DNA of 64,000 nt from Dimorphilus gyrociliatus (Eukaryota > Animalia > Annelida), in the NCBI GenBank assembly GCA_904063045.1, contig CAJFCJ010000001.1, positions 682,001 through 746,000 of the forward strand, read 5' to 3'. The notes below the pieces were generated by a model, which saw nothing but the letters and a program-made list of their open reading frames with translations, did no database searches and was not told the origin of the DNA. Of this stretch, positions 27,617-41,728 are shown piece after piece. Positions within the stretch are counted from its first letter, which is position 1. Every line of letters begins with the position of its first letter. A program made the translations under genes and the position numbers.

Positions 27617-27664
27617 TCTTATCTAAGGCGGATAAGTACTGTTATTCTTATCAAGCTGATAAGA
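27617..27664. promoter_or_regulatory. Two inverted pairs of GATA sites (candidate enhancer)
   Basis: TCTTATCT...GATAAG and the perfect inverted repeat TCTTATCA-AGC-TGATAAGA. Confidence 0.45.
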
Positions 27665-30171
27665 GCATACTATAATTTATGCGTTTAGTGGAACTACTTC
27701 ATATTTACCATAAGGCGTTTGTAAATTTACTTTAGTTCAGTTAAATTGTGACAACGGTGTGAAAATTTTGCAAAAAATAAAATCGATAATAGTATAAAAA
27801 AGGAGAATTGAATAGGGCCCCCCTTTTCGCATTTCCTTAAATTATTCTATTATGCCAAAATGCCTTTACGTAGCTTTTCTCACTCGGAGGGTAACTGCGC
27901 CAACAATTATCAATAAATAGATAATAAACACTTTTTAAAGCTAAATATAATGTTTATTTATATCAATACTCGTTTTTCTTCGTATGTTTCCCCTTTTATG
28001 TCTCGTATAATATAATGAGAATTATTTACAAATAGTACATGTCTATAAAGCTTTTATTATTATTATTATTATTATTGCAGTTAATTCATTAATCTATATT
28101 TATATATACTGTATATATATATATTTTAATTAAATAAGATGAAATACATTAAATTACTATAACTCTTACAGTTTCTCTATAATAGTGCACTATTTATTGC
28201 TATAGACTGTATTAAATACTTGCAATACTTTTATACTTTTTTCAGTGTTATTTCTAATCATTCGGGTCAAATGATAGGTTTATAAAAGATAATTTTAATA
28301 ATATTGCAAAAATGTCGACGAATGATTTGCTTTGGGCTAACAAAAATTTCTTTACGACCTTCTCTCTTCGTATAATAAATTTAAGATATGTGATCTACGG
28401 TACTCTACCTCTCTCTGGTATCTATATAGTATATTGAAGGTCATTTATGTAAGTATTTCCAATATCAAATAAAAAACGTATCATTAACCAGCATACTTCA
28501 ATAGAGACCATTACTGAAGAGCTCTTTTCATTTTTGATTTCTCGATAAGCTGATATCTCCTATACGAAGTAAACCAAATACATATAGGATAAGAATATTA
28601 ACTTCTGCTCTTGCGGTTAATCAACCATTTCTTATAATAGAATATAGTTTTTAAAAAATAAAAACAAACTGTCTACACATATCTCTTTTTGTCATATCCG
28701 TGAACAAGGACACTTCTTTTTTTTATTAATATCTAATTTTTAAAATCTTTTTATCCCGCTTTACAGGCAAGATGCCAGTAAGTCAGATTGTTTGTAGGAT
28801 TATAATTGGTAGTTAAAATAATCTGATCGACAGATAACCGATTAGTTGAATAATTTTAACTTAGTTTAGAGAAGGTGGGAGGAGGTTTTTTCACAGTAAA
28901 TCAATATGTAAAACTGTTTACTTTAAAAATCCATGCTCCATTTTAAACAACTAATTAAAATGTTAAAAGACGATAATCGATAGCAATTATTTTTCTTGTT
29001 CCCTTTAATTTCTATTATACTTAAATAAGGGACAAATTACTTTTATCTATCCTCATGCAAAGACTATTTAACAAGTAAAATTTTATTATTGCATAATCTA
29101 AAACAGATATCTAAGCTGTAGATAGTTTGATTTGTTTGAATAAGCTTTTGATATTCTTGATAGACTATGATACAGATAAAGATTCTTAAATCTTCCGTAA
29201 TCAGAATGTTATCAGTTTTAGTAGGCGTTCACGCCAGAAATGACGTTGACTTTTGAATTCTATTTTTTACAGTTTATCAGCTATACTGCAAAGTTTCTTT
29301 TTTAGTTTATAATAATGGTATTCATCTTAATAACCGAATTTTATTCTTTTTATTATTATTTATTATTTAACAATATAGGCCGATAGTTTATCATTATTTT
29401 GTATATACAATTCAAGTGCTAATATTTTTAATAAGAAGCTTTTCTTTTACACTATCCTTCACTTGCTAAATAAGAAAACTATTATACTTTCATATGGACT
29501 ATTTATAGATATACTATATATACTGTATATATTATTTTTGGTAATAGCAATACAAAATGAATATTTTTTGTATAATGAATAAAGTTTTTCACTACTTTCG
29601 CATTTATTTATATAGTTTGTATATAGTTAGATACATTTTGATAAAAATCAATATAGAATTTTTCAACAATAAAGAGTTAATAAAGGAGGCTTTTGAAGTG
29701 CGCACTGTTACCCACAATTATTTTCATTAACAACAAATCGTTTGTGCAGTTGGCTACATAACACACATAACTCTATTGAAATTTATGTATATGGCACCAA
29801 TACTATATTAAGTACGATTAGATAATCGATATGCAAGAATTGATGGTTAATTGTTACAATTCTGCAAATGGAGACTATAGCGCCATCTGTATGTTTTAAA
29901 AACTTTGTTTTTTTTTTGATTTTACTTAGATGCTGAAAAAGTAATCTTTTTATTTTTATTAAAGCAATAAGCAACTTTTCTTTTATCAGTAATGTTAGCT
30001 TTATAAAGTGTGATTTAAATAATATCTGTTTCAGTAGGATAGAACACGATTTTGCACTTAAGAGTACAAGACAGATTTGAAGTTTAATATTTCGGAAGAG
30101 ATATGAAATAGTAATAGAACATTAAGAGAGAGAGGGAGAAAGAGAGAGTTTTCATTCAAAATTATCTTTTC

Positions 30172-32727
30172 CTACGTAATCCTTTCGAGTGTTGGTGAAA
30201 AAACGGTTAAATACGATTCTCCGTGACCAACATACAACCTATGCTTATGGTCATCGTAGGCCAAATATGTTGTATCTTTGAACTGAAATGGTATTTTTCC
30301 AATTATTTCACCATGTTCATTAAATATTAAGGTTTTTTTTTCTAGTCCTAATAAAAAATTGTTTCTAAATGAACATATCGATCTCAATCCACTTGGTTGA
30401 AGATTACACTTGTAAAATTTCTTATCTAAGTATAGCCAGATACTTTCATAATCATAAATGATAATTTCCTTATTATATTCATTATATGTTAATCTTGTCT
30501 TTATTTATTGTTTGTTGATAGTAAAAGAAAAGACAAATCTTATAATCATAAGCAATAAACATAAATTAATTAATCATGATTTATCTATTCTTTCATCAAT
30601 GTACATTTTTTGGATTTAAACAACTCGGAAGTTTCTCCTTCCACTTTAATCTTTTACATTTCGCTGTCCAACAAAAAAGAGACCAATCATCATAATCCAT
30701 CTTTCCTATAACAATAATTGTATTGTCTGGTAGGCAGGCGACAGATCTGACATCGTACATATTATAGCCAACAGTTTGTAAGGAATATGGTGGTTTTAGA
30801 TAATGTATTTGTCCTATCTCATCTTGATTTACCGTAATAACCATTATATATGTTCCACAATACGAGGATGAACAGCTGACAATATTTCCTGAGTGTAAAG
30901 TTCGAATTTGGCCAATTTCACCTGAAACTGTTATCTGAAGTGAAAGTAATTTTCCCCTTTTCAAAACAGTTTCATTTTTAATAATAAGAACAACTAACTC
31001 TGGAGTAACTGATATAAATGATACCAATCCTTCAAATTCTATTTTATTTGTTGATATGTAATCTTCTTCATCAAATTCAACATTATAAAAATCCTTTCCG
31101 GAAATTTGAGCAACGGCGTCATTTTTAAGCGGAGATAGATTTTTCATTATTGATATTCCAGTGGAATTTTTCAACAGTTGATTCTTAAGGATTTTTTCGC
31201 GGATTGTATAATCCTTATTAGGTAATCTTTTATTATCATCTGTAAGAATCAATTCATTTTCCGACATAGCGTCCATACTTTCGGAAGATAAGCAAAGTAG
31301 AAAAGGTAATTTCGATCTTTTTCTTTTTTCTGTTTTCCCCCTAGATTTGATAGAAAGTAGTTTGGATGTATAGTTCGACGACTTCTCCTCATGTTCACTT
31401 ATTCTATATGGTACACATACACACACATATATGTATATATATATATATATCTATATACTGTATATATATATAAAATAACGATTTCTGTCAATATAACCTT
31501 AAATCTTTAGCTGAAAGGACACTTTCCATTTGATGGTTACCAACTTCCTTTGGAATTAATAGCATATCACTCATCCGCGGAGGTTGCTCTTTTAATATTT
31601 GATTGCTAAAACTAGGAATCGTTATTTCAACGTTTTCTGTTTGTTTCTCCATAATGCTAAACTTCTTAAAGCTATTTTCAATTGATTCTAAATTAGAGCT
31701 AGAACTTTTGGAATCATTTCTTTGATGCAATAATCGCTTTTCTAAATCCCTACTCGTGGAAGATTTTTGCTTATCATTACTGAGTTCGTACAGCTCTTTG
31801 TCTAGTTTATCAGTTGTAAGTTTAATTATAGTAAAATTGGTTGTTTCTAATGGAACTGGTATAAGTTGAACTTTTCGATTTTGCAAAGGAATTGGATTTT
31901 CAATAAACGATATTTCATTCGTTAGTTTTTCACAAGTTTCCTTGGTAATTTCATGATATTTAGCATCCGTTATCAAGTAAATAATATAATCATATAAGTT
32001 TTGTACTTTCCATAAATCATTCGATATTGCATGTAAATATTTTGATTCTTCTTTACTCATTCCATCATATATTTCTTTTAATTTGTTTAAGATATCTCTT
32101 TCTTCATAATCTATGCTATTCATTCGATCTTGAACCCATTTTTTCAAATTGGATCTTTCATTTTCAAAATGGGTTCTAGCTGTTTCAAATACTGTAGTTT
32201 TACTAGCTTTTCTCGACGATTCTACATCTGATATAACTTTACGATAATTATCCATCTTAATTTGTAACTTATTCTTAACGTGGCTTAGTTCGGAAGATCT
32301 AGTTTGACCTAATTGGGCTAGGTCATCAAATTTATGATCTAAATGACCACATTGGGTACATACTTTGCATATAGCAAGACTGCAGTCAATACACCATAAA
32401 TGGCATACGCTTTCCGGATGTCTAGGACACTTTGGTAATCTTTCGGATAAAAAATTATCATTATTATGATTTTCATTAATTAGGTAAATAATCTTATGAT
32501 TTTTCATATTTTCTGATGAATGAATCTTTTCAAAAAGAGGCAAACATAATTGGCAAACATTGTGATCGCAATTTTCGCATCTTACAGCAGCTATACCATG
32601 ACTAGATATCAAATCACAGGAGGCCTGTTAAACGTGAACTATACTATTGAAGTTTATAGAATTCTGTCTAATTTATAATAGATATATATATATACATATA
32701 CAAAAAAATGAAAACCTCGTTCATCAT
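30172..32727 (-). CDS. B-box/coiled-coil protein with C-terminal beta-propeller-like region (TRIM-like, no RING seen)
   Basis: B-box1 (CENC..VC..C), B-box2 (CPRH...LWCIDCSLAICKVC...HLDH), long coiled coil and beta-rich C-terminal exons. Phase-compatible introns join ORFs 31488-32612, 30596-31426 and 30172-30387. First exon tentative. Confidence 0.72.
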
Positions 32728-34226
32728 TAATAAATTTCTAATATCATACGCTTATGTTGCATTCCAATAGAAATGATGGATCTTTTATAGATATATATAA
32801 AATATATTGAGGGTACAGTGTACAAAAAAAAAGCAGGATATCAATGGTTAAAAACTTTATACTATAAACATTTCAAATTTAGATTAATTACAATGATGTC
32901 ATTTAATTGATATGCAAGTAAATATATAAACATCCTATTTATTACAAAGTATAAAGTGATAGTTAACCGATTACTGGATATAAACAAGTACACTTAATCT
33001 TCGTAAATAAGTTATTGCTGTAGAATTCTGATATACAATAATACAAACTGTATTCTAAATAGCATTTTGTTTGTTTAATTGTCTATTCTTAATTGAAAAT
33101 GAAAGTATTTTTAAGTAAAAGAAAGACTTGTAAATTGTTTCAAAATTTAAATACATTCATCTGAATAATAGAAACGGAATAAACTGATAAATAAAGTATT
33201 AACTTTCGCTTATAAAAGAGAAACGTAAATTGTAAATACTATGAATTTTACAGGTAGAAATATAAAATATATATATATAAATATAATTATTTAAAATGTT
33301 CTGTAATATAAAGCGTAACAAGTAAAAATTATTGGCATCTAAAGTTCACAATGATCTATGGAATACTAACAATTTTATGTGATTTCAACCGAATAACTAT
33401 CGATTATTTTTGTTAGAGATTACACGCAGAAAACTGTTTATTGCATCATCATTTTATACTTTTAAATTGCTCTATTTTGATGATGAAATAGTGATACTAA
33501 CTTCTTCTACAATACCCTCATGTCCTATATATTAAAAGAATTTATTACGTAGCTTTCTCTATTAATAAAATATATATTGTTGAAATGAGAAAAAACGACT
33601 TGGCCTGTATTTGGTAAATTTGAATAGAGGACAAATTCTAGTATATTTAATTTTATACTAGTATAAAATATCATCTCTTCCACTCCATATTTAAACATAA
33701 ACAATAGGTTTTTTTTTACCAGTTTTCGAAAATTCTCTCTTTTTTTTTTTACTTTCAAACTATTGTCTTTGAGAATGTTGTGTTTTCTTTAAATTTACCA
33801 AAACAAGGTATGTAACTGGAATTTTTAGCTTGATATCGTAACGTAGCATTTTTAGAAAATGTCCTAAGAGACGATAGAAAAGTTTTTCGTTGTTATATAT
33901 GTTAGTAATAATAGTATAGAGTGTCTTATTCGTTCTTGATAAATAGCATGAAGCGACAATTTATTGTTGGCAAAAGATGAAAATATTAATCTTCGATTTT
34001 ATTATAAAGGCCCACTTTATGTACTCATTTTGATTAGATATTGATCGATCCCACCTTGCATATAGTTTATCGTTATCTCTTCTTTTTTTTAAAACACGAG
34101 GTTTAGTGATTAAAATTGAATCGTATGCACTAAAGCCTGGATCGTAGTCAATTAAATTGCTAAAAATAACAACAAAATAATAAGGATTAAGAGAAGAAAA
34201 AGTTACTTTGATGACAACTCTTTGCC

Positions 34227-37200
34227 ATGGAAAATTGGGAAGAAACACTTAGTATTGAATCTTTCGAAAACAGGATAACAACATGTGAGAGTACTATACG
34301 AAACATAAATGAACAGTTTAGCAAGGTATACAAAAAAAATATCTCTCAGAAACTTTTGTTTATCTTATCGATGACTCTGCTCATCAGGTTCCATCCGTAT
34401 TGGCAGAAATTCTTGAATCGCAGGAACTTAATGAGAAGATTTCCTTCCTTCATCGACATCTATGCGTAATGATGCTTTTATTATTTAGTCACATGCTCTA
34501 CATATATAGCATATAGTGTTATTACTATTAAAATACTTTTTCATAACAAGGATGCGATTGATTGTTGGAAAATACTTCAAAGAAGAGCTCAGCTTGACAG
34601 CGGACTTGTTAAAAATTGGAGTAGAAATACAGAACTACTACAGAAATTAGATAATAAGTAATATATTTCAGCATCAGAGAAACTTTCATTAATAATAAAT
34701 TGTTTAATTTACCCCTTCCTTTCTTTAGAATCTACGATTTCCTCTCTATAACAAAAAGTATTTTACAAAGGATTGTTTTAGAACGAGAAAATGACCACTC
34801 TGTTCAATTGGAACATATTTATCATCACTATATATCCTTAATAAGGGATTTCATTGAAAAGTAATTTCTTTTTTTAAATATGATAATTTATGAAGAATAA
34901 CAACAATTAATTAATTATAATAGCTGGGCCCTGATCATTGATAATCAACCAACACAAGAATTTGAACAGAAATCTCAACAAGTATTCAAAGTAGAACAAA
35001 ATAAGATAAAGAATTTCAAAATGACTGCTCGTTTATTAGGAAAAAATTCCTATTTTCAAATATCTACGTTAAAAATCAAAGCGATTTATGATAAAGATTT
35101 TCACAATAGAAATGAAGATGATATCAAACAATTTTGTCATATGGGAAAAACCGAATTCGAATCCAAATTTAACAGACAAGGAACCCGATCTTGGACTATT
35201 ACAAAGGTTTTTCTTACTAATGAAAACTATAATAAAAAAATTAATCATTGGTTAATTATTCATTTTCAGGTACCAATTACTAATGTTATGCAACATGAAA
35301 AGTCTGATAGGAATGACTATATTCGTGAGAAGAAATACTTCTTTACACTTCGTATTGAATGTAAATTAGATTGTTTAAAGAATACACCAACTTTTACTGC
35401 CCAAGTAAACATCTTTAGATTATGCTACGTGAATTTTTAATCTTGTCTCTTTTTTGTTCCTTTTCTATATTTATAGGAAATATCACTTCCTGTAAGTTTA
35501 ATAACGCACGTAAATCAAACCGTTGACGCTTACGGAACAATTTATTGGTTCAATTTATTTGCAAATAATCAGGTATAGTTTAATAAATGTTAAATGTATT
35601 GAGTATTTTATATAATATTCTAATTAATACGGAAAAAAGAGAGGTCTAGTTACTGATAACATACTACCTAAAGAAGTACCTTGGTTATGCTTAGAGAAAT
35701 TTTTAACAACTAAATGGAATAAGCAAATGGCCGATTCAGCTAAGGATTTCAATAAATTCAAAGCTTCAGCTTCAAAAACATTGGTAAGTTGTTTATTAGT
35801 AAATAATATTAAACTAATAACAGCCTTTAAATAAAACTATAGGATCAAAGACCTTTACGAGTAGATGATCTAACGTATTTAGCATCAAGAGCAATGAGTA
35901 AGAATCTTTCATTTTTGTTATTTTGAATCATCTTTACGTTTGTTTCTTAAAATAGGATCAAATAAAAAAGATTTTTACCACCAAGATCTAACTTGGAGTC
36001 AGTTTAGTAAGGTAAGCTTTATGATGATCTCATTGTTCTAGTTTAACTTTTTAAAATTATCTGTTTGTTATTAATTATAGGAGAAATTAGTTCCAAATAG
36101 TACATTCTCTTTTTGGAAGTATTTCTTCGCTTGTATGACAAGTGCCTGTATTAATAAAGATGAATGGTTAAAAGGGTTATTATTAGTTATTTTAAATATA
36201 TAAGACAGTCGATTAGAGACAGATTTCATCGTTTTTTTTATCATTATCAGATATATATATGGATTTGCCACAACGGAGGAAGTTGAACAAAGGTTGTCTA
36301 AAGAGGACACCGGCGCCTTCGTTATCAGATTTAGCGAATCGACTATTAGTAAAAACCAGTCGAAAAATATCAGTGGAGAATTAATTTTGGAAGTTGTATA
36401 TTTAACTTCGTCTGGGAAAAAAATCATATTAAAGAGTAAAGAACTTATTAAGCCGGAAAACTTAAAAGCTGGTGGTCTTGTACCTACTTTGTTATCATTT
36501 GAATATTTTTGTAGAAGGTAAAAAAAATTCATACAAGTAATAATATATTAGCTTATTAAGCTAGCCGTTTATATTACTAGTTCAATCGTGAATGAAGTGA
36601 AACTTTATATAATGTGCTTTGAATGTGTAAAACATTATAGTTGAACATGTACAACATAATAAAAAAAAATGTGTTTCTTTTGCAGGACGAATACTAAGCG
36701 TCCCTTTCTTACAAAACTTATTAAAAAGGATGGAGATGCCATAGAGCTGAGTGAAATAGGTTTCTTTCTTTTCAACAAATGTTTAATCTGTTAATACTGT
36801 TACTTCGTTAATATATCATAATAGCCTCCAACCTAAAATCTGAAGTTCCGTTTTGTCCTCTAAAGATTCTTGTTGATACGCATAAAGCAGAATTTATTGT
36901 TTCTTCAAGGTCACTAAATTACAGAGAAGATTTTACAGGTAATTATAGTAAAGATTCACAAGGAAACATAGCCTACACTCTTATGCCTTTATTTATCAGT
37001 ACCAGATCTTTTAGGTAAAGATGAGGTAAACGAAATTCTAGAAGAGCTAGAACTTGATATCGGTCCGTCAAAATATGGGAAAATGCCAGCAGAGTTTGCT
37101 AATATGGACCCGGATATTTTCCAAGAAAAAACATCACCCATCTTTTCAATAGAGAATTGGCATACTACAGCAGCCAAAGAATTATACGAACAATTGGTTT

Positions 37201-37397
37201 ATGCAGGAAAGACAAATGATATAGATTCAAAAAATTTTCTAGACGATATAAAGCAAAACAATGAGCCTGTGAAAGCAGAATATTATGTTAATAACAATAA
37301 CAATTCAAATAATGAGTTAAACTCAATTCCAAATCAATTGCATCCTTATCTCTTCTCCTCTGAACATGAGCAAATGGATTTTACTCCATTTTGTTAA
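34227..37397 (+). CDS. STAT: Divergent STAT-family transcription factor
   Basis: Coiled-coil WKILQRRAQL; DNA-binding domain entry LIIDNQP...TARLL; SLPVSLITHVNQTVDAYGTIYWFNLFA; SH2 WLKGYIYGF...TGAFVIRFSES. About 13 short exons. Confidence 0.85.
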
Positions 37398-37784
37398 AAT
37401 ACATCGTAGTTTTTCTAGATTTATAGAGACTTCATTATTATATTATAATATGAAGAAAAAAGTATTTAGACAAAAAAAAGAATGTCTATATATATAAATA
37501 TACAGTATTGAAAAATGTATATAAACTCAATTATAACATAGTATACGAATGAATGCTTTAATTGTTATATATGAAAACAAATATATGGGGGTTTTTTTTG
37601 AAGAATAATAAAATATTTATCCATTTATTAAATGGAAGAGATTTTATTGCAAGTAAATATTGAAAACTCGTGAAAGTTTAATCGTTGCAATCATTTATTT
37701 ACTACTTCGGCTCCTTTAAAGCATAAAGTTCTTTTCTATCAATGTAATTTATCGGTTAAATCAGTCTTCATGGTTTTACACTTC

Positions 37785-39805
37785 TTATGATATTACACAT
37801 CCACTAGAATTTCCGGGATCTTTTTTTGATTGCGAAATATCGGCTTCTTTGACAGGAGGAACATCCTTTCCCTTTTCTTTATTTTCATTCTATAATAGTT
37901 GATTATAATTAAATATTTTACTATATACACTTACTCGATACTAGGAATAACTGATACTTACAGGATCAGGAACGTGCTTTTCTATTTTAAACCCTTCGTA
38001 GGCTTTCTTTGTCCACAAACTACTTAGTCCGGGAACTTCAAAGTCTTGAGGAGACGCTAGTCCATATGTAGCTTTTAATTCCAAAGCTGGTGTTGTTGTT
38101 GGAACTTTATGATGGTAACTAAATTATAAAAATAACATAATTAATTAAAAACTATTTTATTTAAATTAATTTACATACATAAAACCATTTTCTCGAACAC
38201 ATTTATCAAGAGTTCTTGTTACAATTGGTCCTAATTTTCTGAAGAATAAATGCTCGTGAGGTCGGCAAGTGGTTCCAGGACCTTTTGTTTTCGAGTATTC
38301 TTGACCAAAGTTTAATGCACTGTCAAAATCTATAATTTGTGTAAATTTTATAAATAATTAATATTTCCATGAATATTTTTTAAATAAATATTAACGTTTT
38401 TTGCTCTCTTGTAAACATTTTATTGCTTCTCCACACTTATCTGATGCTAATAACGATTCTCCATGATAATTAAATGCCTGTGATGGTAAGATAAAAAAGT
38501 TAAAAGAGCATATCTGAAATTTAAAGAAAGAGTAAACGCTTACGTAAGCCATGTAAATATTTATCTTAAATAATAGATATTTCTTCCACTTTAGAAGATT
38601 AGGATCCTCTAAACTAATCATAGAGTCGTGCGCCGATTGATACATGTTTGAAGTCTCATACGCCAAGGCAGATATAAGAGATGCTCCGTGCTTCAGCTCA
38701 ATAGCCCTTGCTATAGTTACTAGAAAAATAGAGGATGAATATTAATTTTTTTCCTTTATTCTCAAAGTTTAATGGTGTGAGTTATACCTTCCTGCGCTTC
38801 AGCTGTAGATTGATGAATATAAGCATTCAAAATACGATTCTCCAAATCTTCACCCTTTTCAGGCGCTTCTTTCAGTTTTGGTACGAGTTCCGATTGTATG
38901 TACTTGAAAATTCCAGCACTGATACGTAAGCACTTATGAACTTCTTTTGCTTCCTCCATATTTGGCCTATTATTAAAGAAAAAGAGAGAATAAACAAGTT
39001 TAAATTTTGCTTCTTTTCTTAATAAATCAAAATACAAACTCATCTTTTGCTGCAATCTTGGCCGCATGTTTAGTATACCATAGAGCAAAATTAAACAGTA
39101 TACTTGCCAACTCAAAAATACTGTCCTTTTTTTCTCTAAAAAAAACAAAAAAGAAGAGCTAACTTTAACATTTAGATCATATCTTTAATAATAATGAACT
39201 CACGTTGGTTTGGAGCCTGTAAGAGTATTTGTCCATCTAAATAAGATCATTTCTCTTAGTTTACTATCAGCTGAGGGATCTTCAATATCTGTTACAAAGC
39301 CCGCTAACAATTCTCCATAGTTCTTTGCCGCCGCTTCCAAGTTATCAATTGTATTATTTGGATTGCTCAAAAGATCTAATATTCTCGCTCTTGTCAATTT
39401 TGCATCACTACAATAAAAAAAAAACCAAGTAAAACATTATAACTATACAAATATACATTTATCTGATATTACATAAATACAAAAATGCAATATTATATAT
39501 AATTCAGGAAGTTTTCACTTAAGAGATGTATTCTAAAAGATCATAATTATATTTAAAAATAAAAAATAAAATAACTATTTAAAAATACCATTTTTTTGTA
39601 CTTTAATTTATAACAAATCCACAAGAAAGTAAAGATCTTTCAACATGAGTTATTAAAAATTATTAGAAAGAGTTGATCACTCTGGATAGGGGCTATAATA
39701 ATACCTGCAAATCTTTTGGGCATCACTACTCGAAACAACACTTCGTAGATCAAAACTGACAGGGCCTGAAGCTTTAAGGGGATTTCTGTGAAACCAGTGT
39801 GCCAT
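37785..39805 (-). CDS. BROX: BRO1-domain and CAAX-motif protein
   Basis: N-terminus [28 protein letters not shown]-terminal CAAX GCVIS* (stop 37785-37787). About 8 exons. Confidence 0.93.
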
Positions 39806-40365
39806 GATCTATCACTGATAATCACTACAGTAGTCGTTGATCAACTGTAGGACAAGAATTGATGATAAAATTTTAAAATGTATAAGCTATACAAGCTTAT
39901 TTCCGCTTCCTTTATCATGTGATTCTTAGTCAGAGATAACAAATCGAGAGAGATATCACGGAAAAAAAGAGAAATATTACATTAACGCCATCTATTTGTT
40001 GGTTTTTTTCCCCCTAAAAATAAACGATTGTTAAAAACATATAAAATGAATCAGCAGAAATGTAACAGAAATATGACACTGTCAGTATAAAGAAAAGAGA
40101 AGCTTATTTTTTCATGTTATATAATACATTCGAAACTTAGATGTATTGTTATGAAAATCGTCAAAGGTGCACATATAACAGCCAAACATACAAAAAAAAA
40201 CATAATCATAGTCTTATAACACGATGTAGATTTTATTACATACTTATTCATAACATATAAGATAGTGGATCTTTTGAGATAAAAGTCCAAGTTTTCTTCG
40301 AATTCTATCATAATTGACGGAAGTAGCTTTCTAGAAAGCTACTGAACTTTTAAAATATTTCAACT

Positions 40366-41340
40366 CTAATTAACAACTGTTATATTTGATTCAGATTTTC
40401 CATATCTCAGTAGAGCTTTAAGAGATTTTTTAAATTGTTCATATTTGATTATATAAATAATAGGATTAATGCAGCAATTCATAAAAAGCATCACTACTGA
40501 AAAATAATAAAAATGAGATGTAAAGTCTGCTTTCATTCCGAAATTGTACAATAGGAAATACACTTGATTCCATATCCAACATAAAAAGAAGCATCCGGAT
40601 ACTAAAGCAAAAGTTTTTAGCGTATTTTTTCTTATTCTTACTCTTCTCTCCTCTAGTTTTGAGTGAGCTCTGCTAATATCTTCAACCTTATTTTTCACAG
40701 AATATGCAATTGCGCCATATGAATAGGTTAAGATAAATAGAGGAAAAAAGAATTGAACGAAAAAGGTGAAACATCCCACTAAAGATTTAGCTGTTTTATT
40801 AGGGAAAATATCCCAATTAACGCATTTTCCATTTTCAACCCCACTTATTGGAATTTGTAGAGAAAACTGAAGTAGTGGACCGAACAACCAAATTGCAGTT
40901 ATTGTCAATAAAATATTTCTCTTTGAACTATATAGCTTATGCGTGATTGGATACACAACTCCAGCATAACGATCCAATGACAGTAAGACTAGATTATACG
41001 TTGAAGAGTTCATAAGAGCGAAATATAGAAGATTTCCGTGGATAATACGACAGTAGAATACTTGCAAAGAAAACGACCAGGTTGAAACATCAGTAAAGTA
41101 CCAATAGCATAAATTCGTTGTTGTAAAAAGCGAAGCAGCAACCAAATCAATCGCAGATTGGTTGATAACAAAATAATTTGATAATTTTGAATATAATGCT
41201 TTACTTCTTGCAAAGACAATTAGCACAACTGAATTTCCGAATATACCAAATACACTTAGAAAAGGATAAACGACGTGGATAATCCAAAAACCGTTACCAG
41301 ATGAAAAAGTTGTATTATTATCAGCCGTTACGTTAGACAT
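40366..41340 (-). CDS. Single-exon rhodopsin-class (class A) peptide-receptor-like GPCR
   Basis: Seven hydrophobic segments, GN in TM1, LDRY, CW in TM6, NCCINPIIY, N-terminal N-glycosylation sites. Confidence 0.92.
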   Translation of the reverse strand: MSNVTADNNTTFSSGNGFWIIHVVYPFLSVFGIFGNSVVLIVFARSKALYSKLSNYFVINQSAIDLVAASLFTTTNLCYWYFTDVSTWSFSLQVFYCRIIHGNLLYFALMNSSTYNLVLLSLDRYAGVVYPITHKLYSSKRNILLTITAIWLFGPLLQFSLQIPISGVENGKCVNWDIFPNKTAKSLVGCFTFFVQFFFPLFILTYSYGAIAYSVKNKVEDISRAHSKLEERRVRIRKNTLKTFALVSGCFFLCWIWNQVYFLLYNFGMKADFTSHFYYFSVVMLFMNCCINPIIYIIKYEQFKKSLKALLRYGKSESNITVVN

Positions 41341-41728
41341 TCTCGTGAAAGAACAACTTCCTTAAGAAAGGCTTCTCTTCACTTGAAATATATCAGCGCC
41401 TCCTATGGGTTCTTTAAAATAGACTATCAACCTATTCTATCTTTAAAGTCGAGCTGCTTATATCTTAAAGCGTATAGTAGTTTCTTTTTATCATATATGT
41501 AGTGAATGCTCTTAAGAATTATGTATATTGCTAATTTTTAAGATGAAAATCAGTATGCAAATTTATTAATTTGCAAAAAACAGATTTATATAAAATTTGA
41601 AAGACAAAACTGGTTGAGATTTATCAGAATAAAGACTCGTATACTGTATAATAACAGGTATATAATAGCATAATGATTATCAATGTTAATAATAAATAAT
41701 AAATAGTAATAGGTTAATCTGTACAAAA

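Noticed and set aside
17069-39805. CAAX protease near the CAAX protein BROX
   Set aside because: They are 19 kb apart with unrelated genes between; likely coincidence.
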